Below, one piece after another: positions 11,201-20,994 of a stretch of 64,000 bases of DNA. A program made the position numbers and the translations under genes. The DNA comes from a bacterium (GTDB lineage: Bacteria; UBA8248): positions 1 through 64,000 of the forward strand of contig CBDBZU010000004.1 of assembly GCA_965213625.1 (NCBI GenBank), in the 5' to 3' direction. The notes beneath the pieces were generated by a model. That model worked only from the letters and a program-made list of their open reading frames with translations. It was not told the origin of the DNA and ran no database searches. Position 1 is the first letter of the stretch. Every line of letters begins with the position of its first letter.

Positions 11201-13012
11201 CGTCAGCGTCATGGCTTCCTGGGCATCGTGCCGGATGGTGGCCGAGGCGCCCGTCACGCTCTCGGCGCCGGAGACGGCGGTCTGCGAACCGTTGGCATCC
11301 CATGACACCTCGTAGGAGGTGGCGTGTTCCACCGCGTCCCAGGTGACGCCGGCGCTGGCAGCGTCCACCGCCGTCACCTGCAGGTTGGCGACCGCCTCGG
11401 TGGGCGCCTGCGCCGGCGCGGCCTGCGCGGGCGCGTTCTGCGGCGCAGGAGGACAAGTCGGGGTGGCCGTCTCGTCAATACGCGAGGCCCGGCCGCCGTT
11501 CGGGCCGGCTCTGCTCGTCAGCAGCACGCACCTGGTGACCCGCTCGGCCTCCACGTCGTTCCAGCGCCGGTCCAGGGGGACGACGCTCCACTCGTACTTC
11601 CCGTCGGCCGGTTGGGGCCGGCCATGCACCCAGCCCACATGGCCCTTCGCCTCGAGTGCCGCATACCACGAGGTAGTGGTCTTGTCGTCGCCGGGGCTGA
11701 TGAGGTTCACGGGCACGACCTTCTCCTGCACCGGGTGGCCGGCCGGTTCCACCGTCCGCAACTTGACGCGGAAGGCGGCGAACTGTTCGGCGGCGTCGTC
11801 ATAGTCGTTGTGCAGCGCATTGTCCGGATGGTTCCAGTTAAACTCCAGGTCGATCATCTTCTTGCCGCCCGTGGTGAAGCCCGACCCGTAGGCATCGAGG
11901 ACGAGTTTGCCGTCAACGTTGCTCGTGACGGCGGCCGGTTCGGTGCTGTCCGCCACCCGCACCTCGGCGATCTTGAGGCTGGTGTTGTTCGGGCTGTTGT
12001 CGCCCTTGCGGTTGTCGCCGGCGGCGTGCACGGAATCCGAGAGGCGGTACTGGTGGGTGGCTCCTGGATTGATCACGCGATCGTTATGCCGGAAGGCGAA
12101 GTGCCAGATCGGCAGCGGCGTGTTGACGTCATGCTGTGCGCAAAGGATGTTCACCGTCACCGTCTGCGCCCGGTTCCAGTTCTTGTCGGTGAAGGTCAGG
12201 AAGGACTTGGCGATGGTGATCCTGCCCTGCTGGCCACCACGCCAGCTGATGCCGTGGATTTGCGCGTTCTGCGAGAAGTGTCCTGTGAATGCGATTGAGC
12301 CGTCGTCGTGGTATCCGTCCCTGACATCAGGCCGGTCCAGATCGGTCGGGTCCCAGATCTCCACGCTGACATATTTGCCCGGGCCGGGCTTGCGGTCGAG
12401 CATGACCTTGTACTGCACTGACGTGAGCACGCGCCCGTAGTGCCGCTCTACTCTCTCCAGCTTTTCAGTGTTCTGGTTATAATGAAACGTCTTCTCAGTG
12501 CCGACTTTGCTGTCCGGGCAGTTGTTGTCCTGCGGCTCGTCAAGCTTGAAGTTCGTCTGGCTGAGCATAATCTGCGGCATGGTCGTCTGCGCGGCCGCCG
12601 GGGCGGCGAAGCCGCTCAACAGCAGTCCGAGCAACACAGCGGCAAGGCTCCGGCGCAGGCTGCCCGCGAACGCAGTGGAAGCAACGGGACGACCGGAGGA
12701 AGAAGCGGGCCGGCGGGTTGCGGGGCAACCGCCGGAAGAGCCGAGAGGCTCAGACCGGGCGGCGGAGCGCCCTAGGCGGCGCCACCACGGAGATGTAGCA
12801 AGAGCGGCTCGGCTCGGCTCGGCTCGGCTCGGCTCGGCTCGGCTCGGCTCGGCTCGGCTCGGCTCGGCTCGATTATGCAAAGACCCCCGGAGCCGGTTTG
12901 TCAACCCCCCGGAACGGATTTTCCGGATATCCCCGCCTCGCGCGGCGCAGAACCGGTACCCGGATTCACACAATTTCTTCCATCCCCTGACAAACGCGCT
13001 CAGTGTCTTCAT
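8264..13012 (-). CDS. Large autotransporter-like surface protein with Fn3-like and Calx-beta repeats and C-terminal beta-barrel (copy 1)
   Basis: Extended signal ending AAAQ; TVDDAADEADGS and DSHDEDPETF Calx-beta motifs; AWLARFGRTAAEQ linker helix; barrel ending GVDLTARW. Start MKTLS has a GAGG RBS. Confidence 0.85.
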   Translation of the reverse strand: MKTLSAFVRGWKKLCESGYRFCAARGGDIRKIRSGGLTNRLRGSLHNRAEPSRAEPSRAEPSRAEPSRAALATSPWWRRLGRSAARSEPLGSSGGCPATRRPASSSGRPVASTAFAGSLRRSLAAVLLGLLLSGFAAPAAAQTTMPQIMLSQTNFKLDEPQDNNCPDSKVGTEKTFHYNQNTEKLERVERHYGRVLTSVQYKVMLDRKPGPGKYVSVEIWDPTDLDRPDVRDGYHDDGSIAFTGHFSQNAQIHGISWRGGQQGRITIAKSFLTFTDKNWNRAQTVTVNILCAQHDVNTPLPIWHFAFRHNDRVINPGATHQYRLSDSVHAAGDNRKGDNSPNNTSLKIAEVRVADSTEPAAVTSNVDGKLVLDAYGSGFTTGGKKMIDLEFNWNHPDNALHNDYDDAAEQFAAFRVKLRTVEPAGHPVQEKVVPVNLISPGDDKTTTSWYAALEAKGHVGWVHGRPQPADGKYEWSVVPLDRRWNDVEAERVTRCVLLTSRAGPNGGRASRIDETATPTCPPAPQNAPAQAAPAQAPTEAVANLQVTAVDAASAGVTWDAVEHATSYEVSWDANGSQTAVSGAESVTGASATIRHDAQEAMTLTVTVTPEYVDGNGVTQRLDALAATATLAVGPGGDALSASAQAEAACVSGALLADARKAASETWRTSGHVERWSRVLAAFGESNAYSNNPMTVAEARAQADRGLKRWTPVLEALECLAAAPAEQAEEQPATPATPALSLSAGSAVDEGGNAAFTVTADPAPQSDLTIAFTVAQSGEYLDAPGAGSRTVVLTAGAASVALSVATVDDAADEADGSVSVTLGTGAGYTVAGGKGSAAVTVRDDDEPVVSIVAGGGVTEGAPAGFTVNAEPAPAAPLDITLTVGQSGAFAASGETGSRTVTVPVTGSVDVEVATVDDAADEPDGSITASVDAGAGYTVAAAPDNAATVAVSDNDAASSGPTISIADATFKENQGTVYFTVTMSEPADRTITILYATRQSTPVSAKAGRDYFEWKRAWRARISILPGKTTARVPVYIYNDSHDEDPETFEVVLFDADEGVSITDGVAVGTITNDDPMPAAWLARFGRTAAEQALDGIAGRIAASRSAGVQGAIAGQPLAFGPVGASPAAHAITAGGGRHIALGEGEVFASESYRSGAGAPADSRLLTTRDLLLGSNFTQTGEKDGTGGSFAFWGRAAQSSFDGREGSFSLDGEATTAMLGADYARGDWLVGMALMHSSGEGGYADSGPGSGAGSGSDSVRCPQPLDAEMRRVLCSGAVREGDGSVEASLAAAVPYASLRVSERLKLWGALGYGSGEVTLETAMGDRYDADTTWSMAAAGLRGGLLKPGSFSLALLADALWTRTDSDETGELSASRSEVNRLRLGIEGSREFTLDGGVVAPRVEFGVRHDGGGAETGFGVEVGAGVSLTAERLGLVLDVSGRTLLAHEDEDLKDRGISASLTYDPDPGSKRGASFALRRDLGGSAADGLDALFASDPLAKRSGGRSDGWRAEAAWGLPAFGGRFTGSPFLAWGFSAGARDYDVGWRLEPEAAGAPDLSLAVKATRREAADDTTDHGVGVDLTARW
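12807..12871 (-). repeat. Simple sequence repeat (CGAGC)13 within the 5' coding region
   Basis: 13 perfect GCTCG units on the + strand, translated as RAEPS repeats. Confidence 0.95.
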
Positions 13013-13310
13013 CGTGACCTCGCTCCAATAAGTTGCCGGAAACCCCAAACCTTAAAATGAACGTTTTCAGAAACATAGAACATGAATACTTACGTAAATT
13101 ATAAAACAATGGCGCACGAAAGCAACCCCCCTGAGCCTCACACCCTGGGCAAGACCCGGACTTCCCGTGAAAGACCCCGGCGCGCTTTGCGCCACCAAGA
13201 GGCCGAGCCGGGCCGGGAAGAGGCGGCGGAAGGGGTCCGGGAGGGAGGCTCTCCCTCTCCGGTCAGTACCGGTCGCCGACATCATCCACCCATTCCAAGG
13301 AGGCTGCGCG

Positions 13311-13610
13311 ATGCGGAAACCAAAACCTGAAGCCAACACCTTCCTCACCCATCTCTCAAGCCGGGGACTGGCGGACGAGCGATACGAGGTAAGGCGCTAC
13401 AAATCCACGGGAGGGGGCGAGCTCAGGCCCCTGCCAGCCAGGGAGAGCGCGGGGCGCAGGAGCAAGCGCGTGACGGCTTCCCGCCGGGCGGTCCGGGAGA
13501 TGCGGCCCGCGCGGGATGAACTCATCGTCTGCACGGGGATCAAAATCCCCGGTAGCGGCCTGCAGCTCTGGGGCGAACACTTGGTCTGGGGAAAGATGCT
13601 GTGCCGGTGA
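13311..13610 (+). CDS. Small basic hypothetical protein
   Basis: AAGGAGG RBS before ATG; the copy starting at 46271 (-) has a 1-nt indel near its 3' end. Confidence 0.4.
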   Translation: MRKPKPEANTFLTHLSSRGLADERYEVRRYKSTGGGELRPLPARESAGRRSKRVTASRRAVREMRPARDELIVCTGIKIPGSGLQLWGEHLVWGKMLCR

Positions 13611-13694
13611 GTGTTCCCGGCCCGCGCCGGGAGGACGTCCTGCCGGCCCGGCGCCGGCCGCACGGATTCCATCCACCCCAGGGAGGGAGACGGC

Positions 13695-14510
13695 ATGCCC
13701 TACAAGGACCCGGTTATTCGACGCGAGAGAGAACGCGAACGCCACAGGAGGCGGACGGCCGAGCGCCGCGCGCAGGGCATGTGCCCCAGGTGCGGCAAAC
13801 ACCCTCCCGCGCCCGGGCGAAGCCTCTGCGCGAACTGCCTCGAGAGAGGATGCAAGTCCGAACAAGCCCGATACGCCAGAGCCAAATCAGAGGGTACTCG
13901 ATATGGCGGGCGGGATCCCGAGAGCCGCCGGCGCATGGCGCGCGAGAGGGCCAGAAAGCGCAGGCGCGAGCGTCTCGAAGCCGGGCTCTGCACGACTTGC
14001 GGTGAACGAAAACCCGCCGAGGGCGGCACGGTCTGCGGGATTTGCCGGGAGGAACGCCGCGCGGCGGAGAAGAAGCTCTATGAAAAAAGACGCTCCAGGG
14101 GCCTTTGCGGTCGTTGCGGAGGCGCCGTAACCGGAAAGGCTTCGACGTGCGCTTCGTGCGCCAAAAGGGATTCAAAGCGCCGTCCGCTCAAGAACGCCGC
14201 CAGCCGGGCGCGCTATCATACAAGGCGCGCCCGCGGGGCATGTGTTGACTGCGCAGCCCCCTCTCATGGAGCAGCCAGGTGTGAGGCGTGCGCCAGGCGA
14301 TCGTATTTCTCATCGGGCGAACACCGGGGAATGCCCGTCCATCCACCACGCTACACCGTGGTGGAACTGGCCACGGGCATCGAGCACGGACCTTTGGACT
14401 CCTGGGAGGAGGTCGCTATGTGCCTCGCCTTCGCGAAACTCTCACGCGATGAGGTCGAGGTCGTGGAGGATGTCTGCGTGATGGCGAAACTCACCGCGGC
14501 TCCGTGGTGA
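13695..14510 (+). CDS. Arg-rich protein with eight CxxC motifs (putative four zinc ribbons), copy 1
   Basis: CPRC, CANC, CTTC, CGIC, CGRC, CASC, CVDC, CEAC; GGAG RBS. Confidence 0.75.
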   Translation: MPYKDPVIRRERERERHRRRTAERRAQGMCPRCGKHPPAPGRSLCANCLERGCKSEQARYARAKSEGTRYGGRDPESRRRMARERARKRRRERLEAGLCTTCGERKPAEGGTVCGICREERRAAEKKLYEKRRSRGLCGRCGGAVTGKASTCASCAKRDSKRRPLKNAASRARYHTRRARGACVDCAAPSHGAARCEACARRSYFSSGEHRGMPVHPPRYTVVELATGIEHGPLDSWEEVAMCLAFAKLSRDEVEVVEDVCVMAKLTAAPW

Positions 14511-14628
14511 GCGCGCCTGCACGTGCCGCCGACGCCGACCTGCTCCGCCGCCGGCCCCACGGCGTCTGGATTCCTGCGGGAGGCTTCGACGGGGGGAGTC
14601 GACCTGTATCGGACGTCTCCGCGGGGCC

Positions 14629-15036
14629 TCAGGACCAGGGGCGGTACGGCCCCTGAGACCTCCCGCGCCCCGGCCGCCTTGACGAAGGGGCGAATCCCGG
14701 GCCGCGGGGCCGACGCTCGAGGCGCCACACCGCCATCCATACCGGAAAAGAGACCAGGAGCGCCTGAACGCCCACGGGGAGCGGACCGAGGAAGCCCATC
14801 ACAGAGGCCGCGCCGAGTAGCAACCACGCCACCAGGGAGGGACCCGGATAGCCCGAGCGGGCAAGTCGCCGGCAGGCGAGCGCGAGGGGGATGCCGCACG
14901 GAGCGGCGGGCAGCAACTCCAGGACGTCAAGCAGCGTATCTGCACCCTCCATTGACCCGGTGCGCAGAACCTCCTCTGCGATAATCCCCGCAGGCAGCCA
15001 CAGCAGCGCCGGCAACCAGAGCTTGAGTCGTTCCAT
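14629..15036 (-). CDS. Small multi-pass membrane protein, copy 1
   Basis: GGAGG RBS, MERLKLWLPALLW..., about four hydrophobic segments. Confidence 0.65.
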   Translation of the reverse strand: MERLKLWLPALLWLPAGIIAEEVLRTGSMEGADTLLDVLELLPAAPCGIPLALACRRLARSGYPGPSLVAWLLLGAASVMGFLGPLPVGVQALLVSFPVWMAVWRLERRPRGPGFAPSSRRPGRGRSQGPYRPWS

Positions 15037-15238
15037 ACCTCCTCCCTTCCTCACCTCCGTGCGCTGTCTGACACGAATCCGCGGTAAAGGCAAACACCTT
15101 GCGCGAGTGGTTCCCGCCGGGTGAGAACCTCCTCTCGAGAGTGAAAGGGAAGCGGAGAGCCGGGCAAATACCCGGTAGGGGGGAGGGAGACGGTCTCCAG
15201 TTCCCGCCGCCGGGGACAACCCGAGAGGAGGCACGGCC

Positions 15239-15370
15239 ATGTACGAGAACGACTACGACGTCGACGTTCCCACCGCGGATGAGTTGCTCGCAGAACTCGG
15301 ACTCGATGCGTACACGATCCGCAAGCTGCGCGCCGAGGCGGACGGCGAAGTGGAGTTTTGTAGCGTTTAG
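15239..15370 (+). CDS. 43-aa acidic peptide upstream of ssb (below the ORF-track size cutoff), copy 1
   Basis: GAGGAGG RBS; MYENDYDVDVPTADELLAELGLDAYTIRKLRAEADGEVEFCSV. Confidence 0.55.
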   Translation: MYENDYDVDVPTADELLAELGLDAYTIRKLRAEADGEVEFCSV

Positions 15371-15450
15371 GACGAACGGGGGGGGTCGGGGAGAGAGGAT
15401 TTCCGGCTCCTCGACTTTATCATCCACACTACACTTCAAGGAGTAACAAA

Positions 15451-15546
15451 ATGGCATTCGGACTCAACCGTGCGGAACTGATCGGGCGCTTAGGCGCAGA
15501 CGTCACCATCAACCATCTCGCGAGCGGCGGACGCGTCGCAAACCTC
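15451..15546 (+). pseudogene. ssb: ssb 5' part, interrupted by the integrated element
   Basis: MAFGLNRAELIGRLGADVTINHLASGGRVANL, then loss of similarity to the intact ssb at 43707-44132. Confidence 0.9.
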
Positions 15547-15697
15547 CCTATCTATAGTGAGCAGTCGTAGCCATGACTCGACGAAATACGACAAATAAAC
15601 ATGTATATCAATAGATTAAGAGATTTCAATTTGGACAAAAGCTCTCTGCCACACGCTCCTGTACGCTCTGATTTCTTTTCATGTGTTGACTACAGGG

Positions 15698-15725
15698 TTG
15701 ACTATTCAGCCGAACGCGGTATAAT
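15698..15725 (+). promoter_or_regulatory. Sigma70 promoter of IntC overlapping putative arm-type sites
   Basis: TTGACT-16 nt-TATAAT; GTTGACTA occurs twice (15685, 15697). Confidence 0.7.
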
Positions 15726-15731
15726 CGACTT

Positions 15732-16967
15732 ATGGAACAACATACACAAAAACGCATGGCGAAGATGAAGCTCACGCTCTCCAAACGCAGCGTCGATGCA
15801 CTCGAACCGGCCGACAAACCCTGGATCGCCTGGGACGACAAACTCACCGGATTCGGCTGTCGCGTCCAGCCCACGGGAACGAAATCGTTCGTCGTCAACT
15901 ACCGGGCAGGTTCCGGAGGTCGCAAGGCGCCCAACAAGCGCGTCGTCGTCGGACGCTACGGCCGCATTACCCCGGAGCGCGCGCGGCGCCTTGCGCAGGA
16001 ATTGCTCGGACGGGTGGCAGGTGGGGAGGACCCCGCCGGCGAGCGCGCGGACGCGCGCTCGCTTCCCACCCTGGGCGAGGCCTGCGACGACTACATCGAT
16101 TCCGGCCACGGACGGGCGGCGCAGACCCAGCGCTCCTACCGCCGCTATGCGAACCTCTATCTGGGCGACTGGCGCTCCCGTCCACTCGATGGCGTCACCC
16201 GCCGCGACGTCGAGGACCGCTTCCATGTCATCACCGAACGCCATGGCGAGGTACCCGCAAATCAGGCCATGTCGTTCCTGCGCTCGGTCTACCGCAGGCC
16301 CTGCGTCGACTACGAGGGTCTTCGCAACCCGGTCGAGCAGTGGCTGGCCGGGGGCGGGCGCTACCACCGCAAGAAGCGGCGGATGATATCTTCCCCGGCC
16401 GAGGTGCTGCCGCGCTGGCGTGAAGGAATAGAGAAAGCGGTACGAAACCCCGTGCACAGGGACCTTCTGTGGTTCGGGGTCTACACCGGCATGCGCCGGG
16501 GCGAGATTATGCCGCTTCGCTGGGAGCGCGTGGACTCAGGCGCCGGCGTGTTCCGTGTGGAGGAGACCAAGAGCGGAGCACCTCTGGAGCTTCCCGTCAC
16601 CCGGCAGCTTGCCGTCATCCTGGCCCGGAGAAGGGCGAACTGTGAAGCCATGCCTGCGGACCTTAGCGAGTGGGTGTTCCCCTCACTGTCGAGTGCCTCG
16701 GGGCACGTCGAGGAGTTATATACCCACTACGCCCGCATCACGAAGGCGGGGGGTGTGAAGTTCTGGTTCCACGGGCTGCGCAACGCCTTTATCACGGTAG
16801 CGGAGCGTGAGCTCATGCTGCCGCGCTCGCTGACCAAGCGCCTGGTCAACCACGCCCGGCCCGGCGACGTGACGGAGGGCTACGCCGCCGACTGGACGGT
16901 GGAGCAATTACGCGAGCCCGCGCAAAGAATTGCCGACCGCATCGACGAACTGATGAAGGGAACATGA
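15732..16967 (+). CDS. Tyrosine integrase with arm-binding domain (IntC), likely the ssb-targeting enzyme
   Basis: WDDKLTGFGCRV; TGMRRGE, ETKSG, HGLRN, LVNH, EGYA. Confidence 0.9.
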   Translation: MEQHTQKRMAKMKLTLSKRSVDALEPADKPWIAWDDKLTGFGCRVQPTGTKSFVVNYRAGSGGRKAPNKRVVVGRYGRITPERARRLAQELLGRVAGGEDPAGERADARSLPTLGEACDDYIDSGHGRAAQTQRSYRRYANLYLGDWRSRPLDGVTRRDVEDRFHVITERHGEVPANQAMSFLRSVYRRPCVDYEGLRNPVEQWLAGGGRYHRKKRRMISSPAEVLPRWREGIEKAVRNPVHRDLLWFGVYTGMRRGEIMPLRWERVDSGAGVFRVEETKSGAPLELPVTRQLAVILARRRANCEAMPADLSEWVFPSLSSASGHVEELYTHYARITKAGGVKFWFHGLRNAFITVAERELMLPRSLTKRLVNHARPGDVTEGYAADWTVEQLREPAQRIADRIDELMKGT

Positions 16968-17386
16968 CGGCGGTCGAAGGTTCACGCGCGGCGCTAATTA
17001 TCGCGCAAGTCAAAGCGGGTGCGCGGGCCGTTTCTCTCTCAGTGCCTGCAGTCCGGCTCTTTGCCTCTCTTCCGCGCCTTCCCGGCAACCCCTGGGTCAT
17101 CCTCAGCAGAAAGCCGGGGACGCACCTTGGAAAGCTAGATGACTCCTGGATGGCCGTCCGCTTGCGGGCGGGACTCGACAACGTGCGGATCCACGATCTG
17201 AGGCATTCCTACGCGTCGAGGGCGCTGGCGCTGGGCGAGAGTTTATACACGATAGGCAAGCTGCTCGGGCACACGAGCGTGGCTACGAGCGCGCGCTACG
17301 CGCACTTGATGCGCGAGGCCGAGAGGGAGGCGGCGGTACGGGTGGGCGGGAGCATTGGTGTCCACATCAGGAGCCGTGGGAGGTAG
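16964..17386 (+). pseudogene. C-terminal fragment of an IntA/IntB-type integrase
   Basis: HDLRHSYASRALALGE...RYAHLMREAE...RSRGR, nearly the IntA C-terminus; no N-terminal domains. Confidence 0.85.
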
Positions 17387-17393
17387 GGTGGAG

Positions 17394-18425
17394 ATGAAGC
17401 AGCCCACCATGAAAACACTGTCGAACCGCGCGGTCGGGAAGCTCGAGGTAAAAAAAGACACTGTCTTCTGGGATCGCGACCTCACCGGCTTCGGCGGGTC
17501 TACCCCACCGGCTCAAAAGTCTACATCGCCCAGGCGCGGGGTCCCGAGGGTCCCAAGAGGGTGGCGGTGGGCCGCCACGGGGTGATCAACGCCGATGAAG
17601 CGAGGAAATGCGCCGCCCACATCATCGCGAGGGTCAAGGCGGGCGAGGAGGCGGTTCCAGACAGGCCCCACGGTGAATGAGGTGTGCGTACGCTACCTCT
17701 CCGAATACGTCGCGGTACGGTGCAAGCTGGCCACTGCCGCGCTCTACCGCTCGGTGGTCAACCGCCACGTCCTGCCCGCCCTGGGCAGGGCGCCGAGCGC
17801 TGCGCTCTCTCTCGCGCAGGTGGCGGAGTTCCACGAGAGCCTGTACGAGACGCCCGCGGTCGCGAACATGGCGCTCCGCACCCTCTCAGCGATGTACGAA
17901 CAGGCAGCGCGTTGGGGTATGATCCCTGAAGGGTGCAATCCTTGCCGCTCAATCATGAAATACCCCGAGCGCCGGGGCGAGATCGTATCCCTGAGGCGGG
18001 AGCAGGTGGACATGGAGCGGCGCACCCTCAGGGTCGAGGAAACCAAGACCGGAGAACCACTGGAGCTTCCTATCACCCGGCAGCTCGCCGCCATTCTCGA
18101 GCGGAGCCTCGCGGATGGCGAGGATTCGTGGGTCTTCCCCTCTCCTCGAAGCGGGGCCGGTCACGTGTCGGACCTTGCGCGGTTCTATGGCGAGATTTCA
18201 GAAAAAGGTGGAAAACGTTTCTGGTTCCACGGGCTGCGCAACGCCTTCATCACGGTGGCGGAGCGCGAACTCATGCTGCCGCGCTCGCTCACGAAGCGGC
18301 TGGTGAACCACGCCCGGCCCCAGGACGTGACCGAGGGTTACGCCGCAGACTGGAGCGTCGAGCAACTCCGCGAACCCGCGCAGCGCATCGCCGACCGTAT
18401 CGATGAATTGATGAAGGGAACATGA
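17394..18425 (+). pseudogene. Frameshifted chimeric integrase (IntB-type N-half fused to IntC-type C-half)
   Basis: MKQPTMKTLSNRAV...WDRDLTGFG with frameshifts; joins at KYPE/RRGEI to an IntC-like end; about 18220-18428 repeats 16762-16970. Confidence 0.85.
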
Positions 18426-18787
18426 CGGTGATTTTCGGTTTGCTCTAATGCGGCAATAATCTATTTTAAGATTGCCTTGTTCCCAGTTTAAAATTTGTGT
18501 CTTGGAAAATATAGTGATATGTGTTTCAGAGAGAATTATGTCTTTAATTCCGTACGGCTACTTTCTTACTATAGAATGAACGAACCGGCGGTTTTCCTTT
18601 CCAACGGCGCGCCGACCTTGCGTATGAAGACATACATGGACACTCCATAATATGGAGAAGAATATCCTGACAGTCATTGAGTCTTAGCTTCTCGACGATC
18701 TGAGTGAAAAAATTGCGCACCTGAAAGCCGGAAAGGATAGCCGACGCGCGTGACTGGAAGCCTTCAGAAAAGTTTTGGGAAATCGGG

Positions 18788-19150
18788 TTTGTTGACCCGA
18801 CGTGTGGATACTGGAATTTCTTGATCATCGCCTATTTCGAGTTACGCGAACTTGAGATGGAGGTGCTCCGCCTGTTGCGCTTCTGAGACGCAGCGCGAAC
18901 TCGACATGTCCGGACTTTCCCGTATCACCGTAGATCAGTTCTACGGAATTGAACTCAGCGATTTTCCTGCGCGCATCGCCGAGACAGCGCTCTGGATAAT
19001 GGGCCACATAATGAATAACCAGCTGAGTCTCGTATCCGGGCAAAGCGAAACCTGCACTTCCATGACGGCACCCAAGCATATCATGTGCGCCGATGCGCTG
19101 TAGATCGACTGCGCAGAGCTTTTTCCGCCGGGGCGAGTTTGCCTCCAATT
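18788..19150 (+). pseudogene. Fragment of an MmeI-like type IIG DNA methyltransferase
   Basis: FVDPTCGYWNFLIIAYFELRELEMEVL, frameshift, then VDQFYGIELSDFPARIAETALW and an in-frame stop. Confidence 0.75.
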
Positions 19151-19369
19151 GAGAACACATGGAGCGTTTGTTCGCGCTATATAATAAAATGTACACACCG
19201 CCTGGAGCCGCGACAGGTGGGAGATACAAGCGAGGGACAGAACGTACACTTGGGGATCGATAAAGTAGTGTTCAACTTATTGCACTTGCGGCTATTACGA
19301 ACAGAAGAACGTGGTGCCTAGCCAAGGTGTTTTAGTCAATCGAGCATCTACACAATACGAAACTACGAA

Positions 19370-20848
19370 ATGGATAACATAAAAGAAAACTATATCCGGA
19401 ACGGTGTCTTTTTGGTTTGCCCGGAGCAGGAATTGAATGGGACGCTTTCGTTGAATGGTGAAGACAGCGTTCTGCATCTATGGACCAATTATCCTGTCAA
19501 CATAGATTCAGATTCATTGGACGGGAAGACAATCACCGGCGTTCTTGACAACCAGAAAAAAGCATCCCTGATCGATTGTATTGTGATCCAGGAACAACAC
19601 CTCCACGGGAAAGGTGGCGTCTCTCAGCACTACAAGCTATTTCCTCACTTCGTCGTTCTTGGCCATCGACACTATTCCAAGTCTGAAAAAGCAATATCAA
19701 GAGCTTCGTTTGTCATCGATGACGCGATGGCCTTGTTTCATGACCGAACTTCATTTGGCACAGTGAGGATTCCTCCAGATCGAACAGATGAACTCGCTTC
19801 CTTGGATATATTTGGCAAAATGCCATTCGAGGGGAATAGTCCTGTTTTGGCCTACTGGACGGGTAAAGAGGAAATCTTTTCTGCGGATACAATTATAGGA
19901 AAGATTTCTGCCTGCAATCGACCAACCATTGCAGTAGGCGGTCACCCCAGTGGGGCATCTATAAAAAACGAAATTGTGGTCAATATAGAATTTTCCAATT
20001 CCCTAAACGTCAGGGAAATGGACGTTGAAATTCGGAAGGTGTTACGCCTCTTCCATTCAGTTCTGGGTCGCCCACAAAATCTGTTGGAATTGAAAATAAC
20101 AGAAACGGAAACTTCCTGCCCCGAGTCGTCCGCCGTATATTTGAATATGTATCCCAATTACCCAAGGGGTACTGGAATTCGAGAACCAGACTTTCGTGAT
20201 ATTCTGATAAATGCTGCTGTTGATCCAGACGGATTTTCGCAATTGCTATCAGCATGGTTGAAAAAGGAGCAGATGCGGGGTACAGCGCGAATCAGTTTTA
20301 CGACTGGATGGGCACGCGGGAGGAGTTACGATGCTGATCGAATGGTGAGAGCAGCAAACATGTTCGATCTTTTGCCGAGTGAAGCATTGCCGCCTGATAC
20401 CGTATTTCAGGATTCCTTGGACGCTGCAATACAGAAAAGCAGAAAAATTTTCAAGGAACTACCACAAAGCACAAAGAGAGGTGAGATTCTTGGCTATCTC
20501 GGAAGATTAAAGAAACCATCTCTAAAGGAGAAAATACGGTACAGATCTTCGTTGATCTCTAATCTAATTGGTAGCGGCATGCCAAATATCGATGCTGTAA
20601 CAGATGCAGCTGTAGACCTCAGAAATATCTACGTTCATGGTGGTATACTTGCCAATAGCAGGATAACCAGATTACAGGAATTCATGTTTTTTCTGACGGA
20701 TACCCTGGAGTTTGTGTTTTGCACGTCAGATCTGTTCGAGTCGGGATGGGATATAGAGACTTGGCATGCAAAACCCAAAGGTGCGGGTCATCCATTTGCG
20801 GATTATCTGCGTTCATATTCCGAAAATCTGGCACGGTTTATGATGTGA
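19370..20848 (+). CDS. ApeA-like protein (N-terminal domain plus C-terminal HEPN)
   Basis: 492 aa, AT-richer than the flanks; ITGVL...SLIDC N-terminal pattern; LRNIYVH Rx4H motif near the C-terminus. Confidence 0.7.
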   Translation: MDNIKENYIRNGVFLVCPEQELNGTLSLNGEDSVLHLWTNYPVNIDSDSLDGKTITGVLDNQKKASLIDCIVIQEQHLHGKGGVSQHYKLFPHFVVLGHRHYSKSEKAISRASFVIDDAMALFHDRTSFGTVRIPPDRTDELASLDIFGKMPFEGNSPVLAYWTGKEEIFSADTIIGKISACNRPTIAVGGHPSGASIKNEIVVNIEFSNSLNVREMDVEIRKVLRLFHSVLGRPQNLLELKITETETSCPESSAVYLNMYPNYPRGTGIREPDFRDILINAAVDPDGFSQLLSAWLKKEQMRGTARISFTTGWARGRSYDADRMVRAANMFDLLPSEALPPDTVFQDSLDAAIQKSRKIFKELPQSTKRGEILGYLGRLKKPSLKEKIRYRSSLISNLIGSGMPNIDAVTDAAVDLRNIYVHGGILANSRITRLQEFMFFLTDTLEFVFCTSDLFESGWDIETWHAKPKGAGHPFADYLRSYSENLARFMM

Positions 20849-20994
20849 GATACGTTTCGCAGACATCTTGCGTGACGATTGAAAAATGAAGAGCGTGTTA
20901 TTGTGAGCAAGGACTATTGTTGAGATGGTGTTGTATACAACCGCACGGTGAAGAGGGATAACTTGCGGTTGGCGGGGAAAAACATGTCTTTGTG

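Larger units (their letters stand above)
8217..15542. repeat. Left arm of ~7.3 kb near-identical inverted repeat (partner 44041-51374)
   Basis: ORF translations are almost identical to the reverse complement of 44041-51374; homology ends at cccggggcgtcctc (8217/51374) and at GTCGCAAA inside ssb. Confidence 0.95.

Noticed and set aside
8297-12775. Long plus-strand ORFs opposite the adhesin, and similar ones opposite integrases, hsdR and DUF2493
   Set aside because: Shadow ORFs from high-GC codon bias, with no recognisable motifs.
12807-12871. CRISPR array
   Set aside because: A pure pentamer tract with no spacers; no cas genes or repeat-spacer arrays seen in the window.
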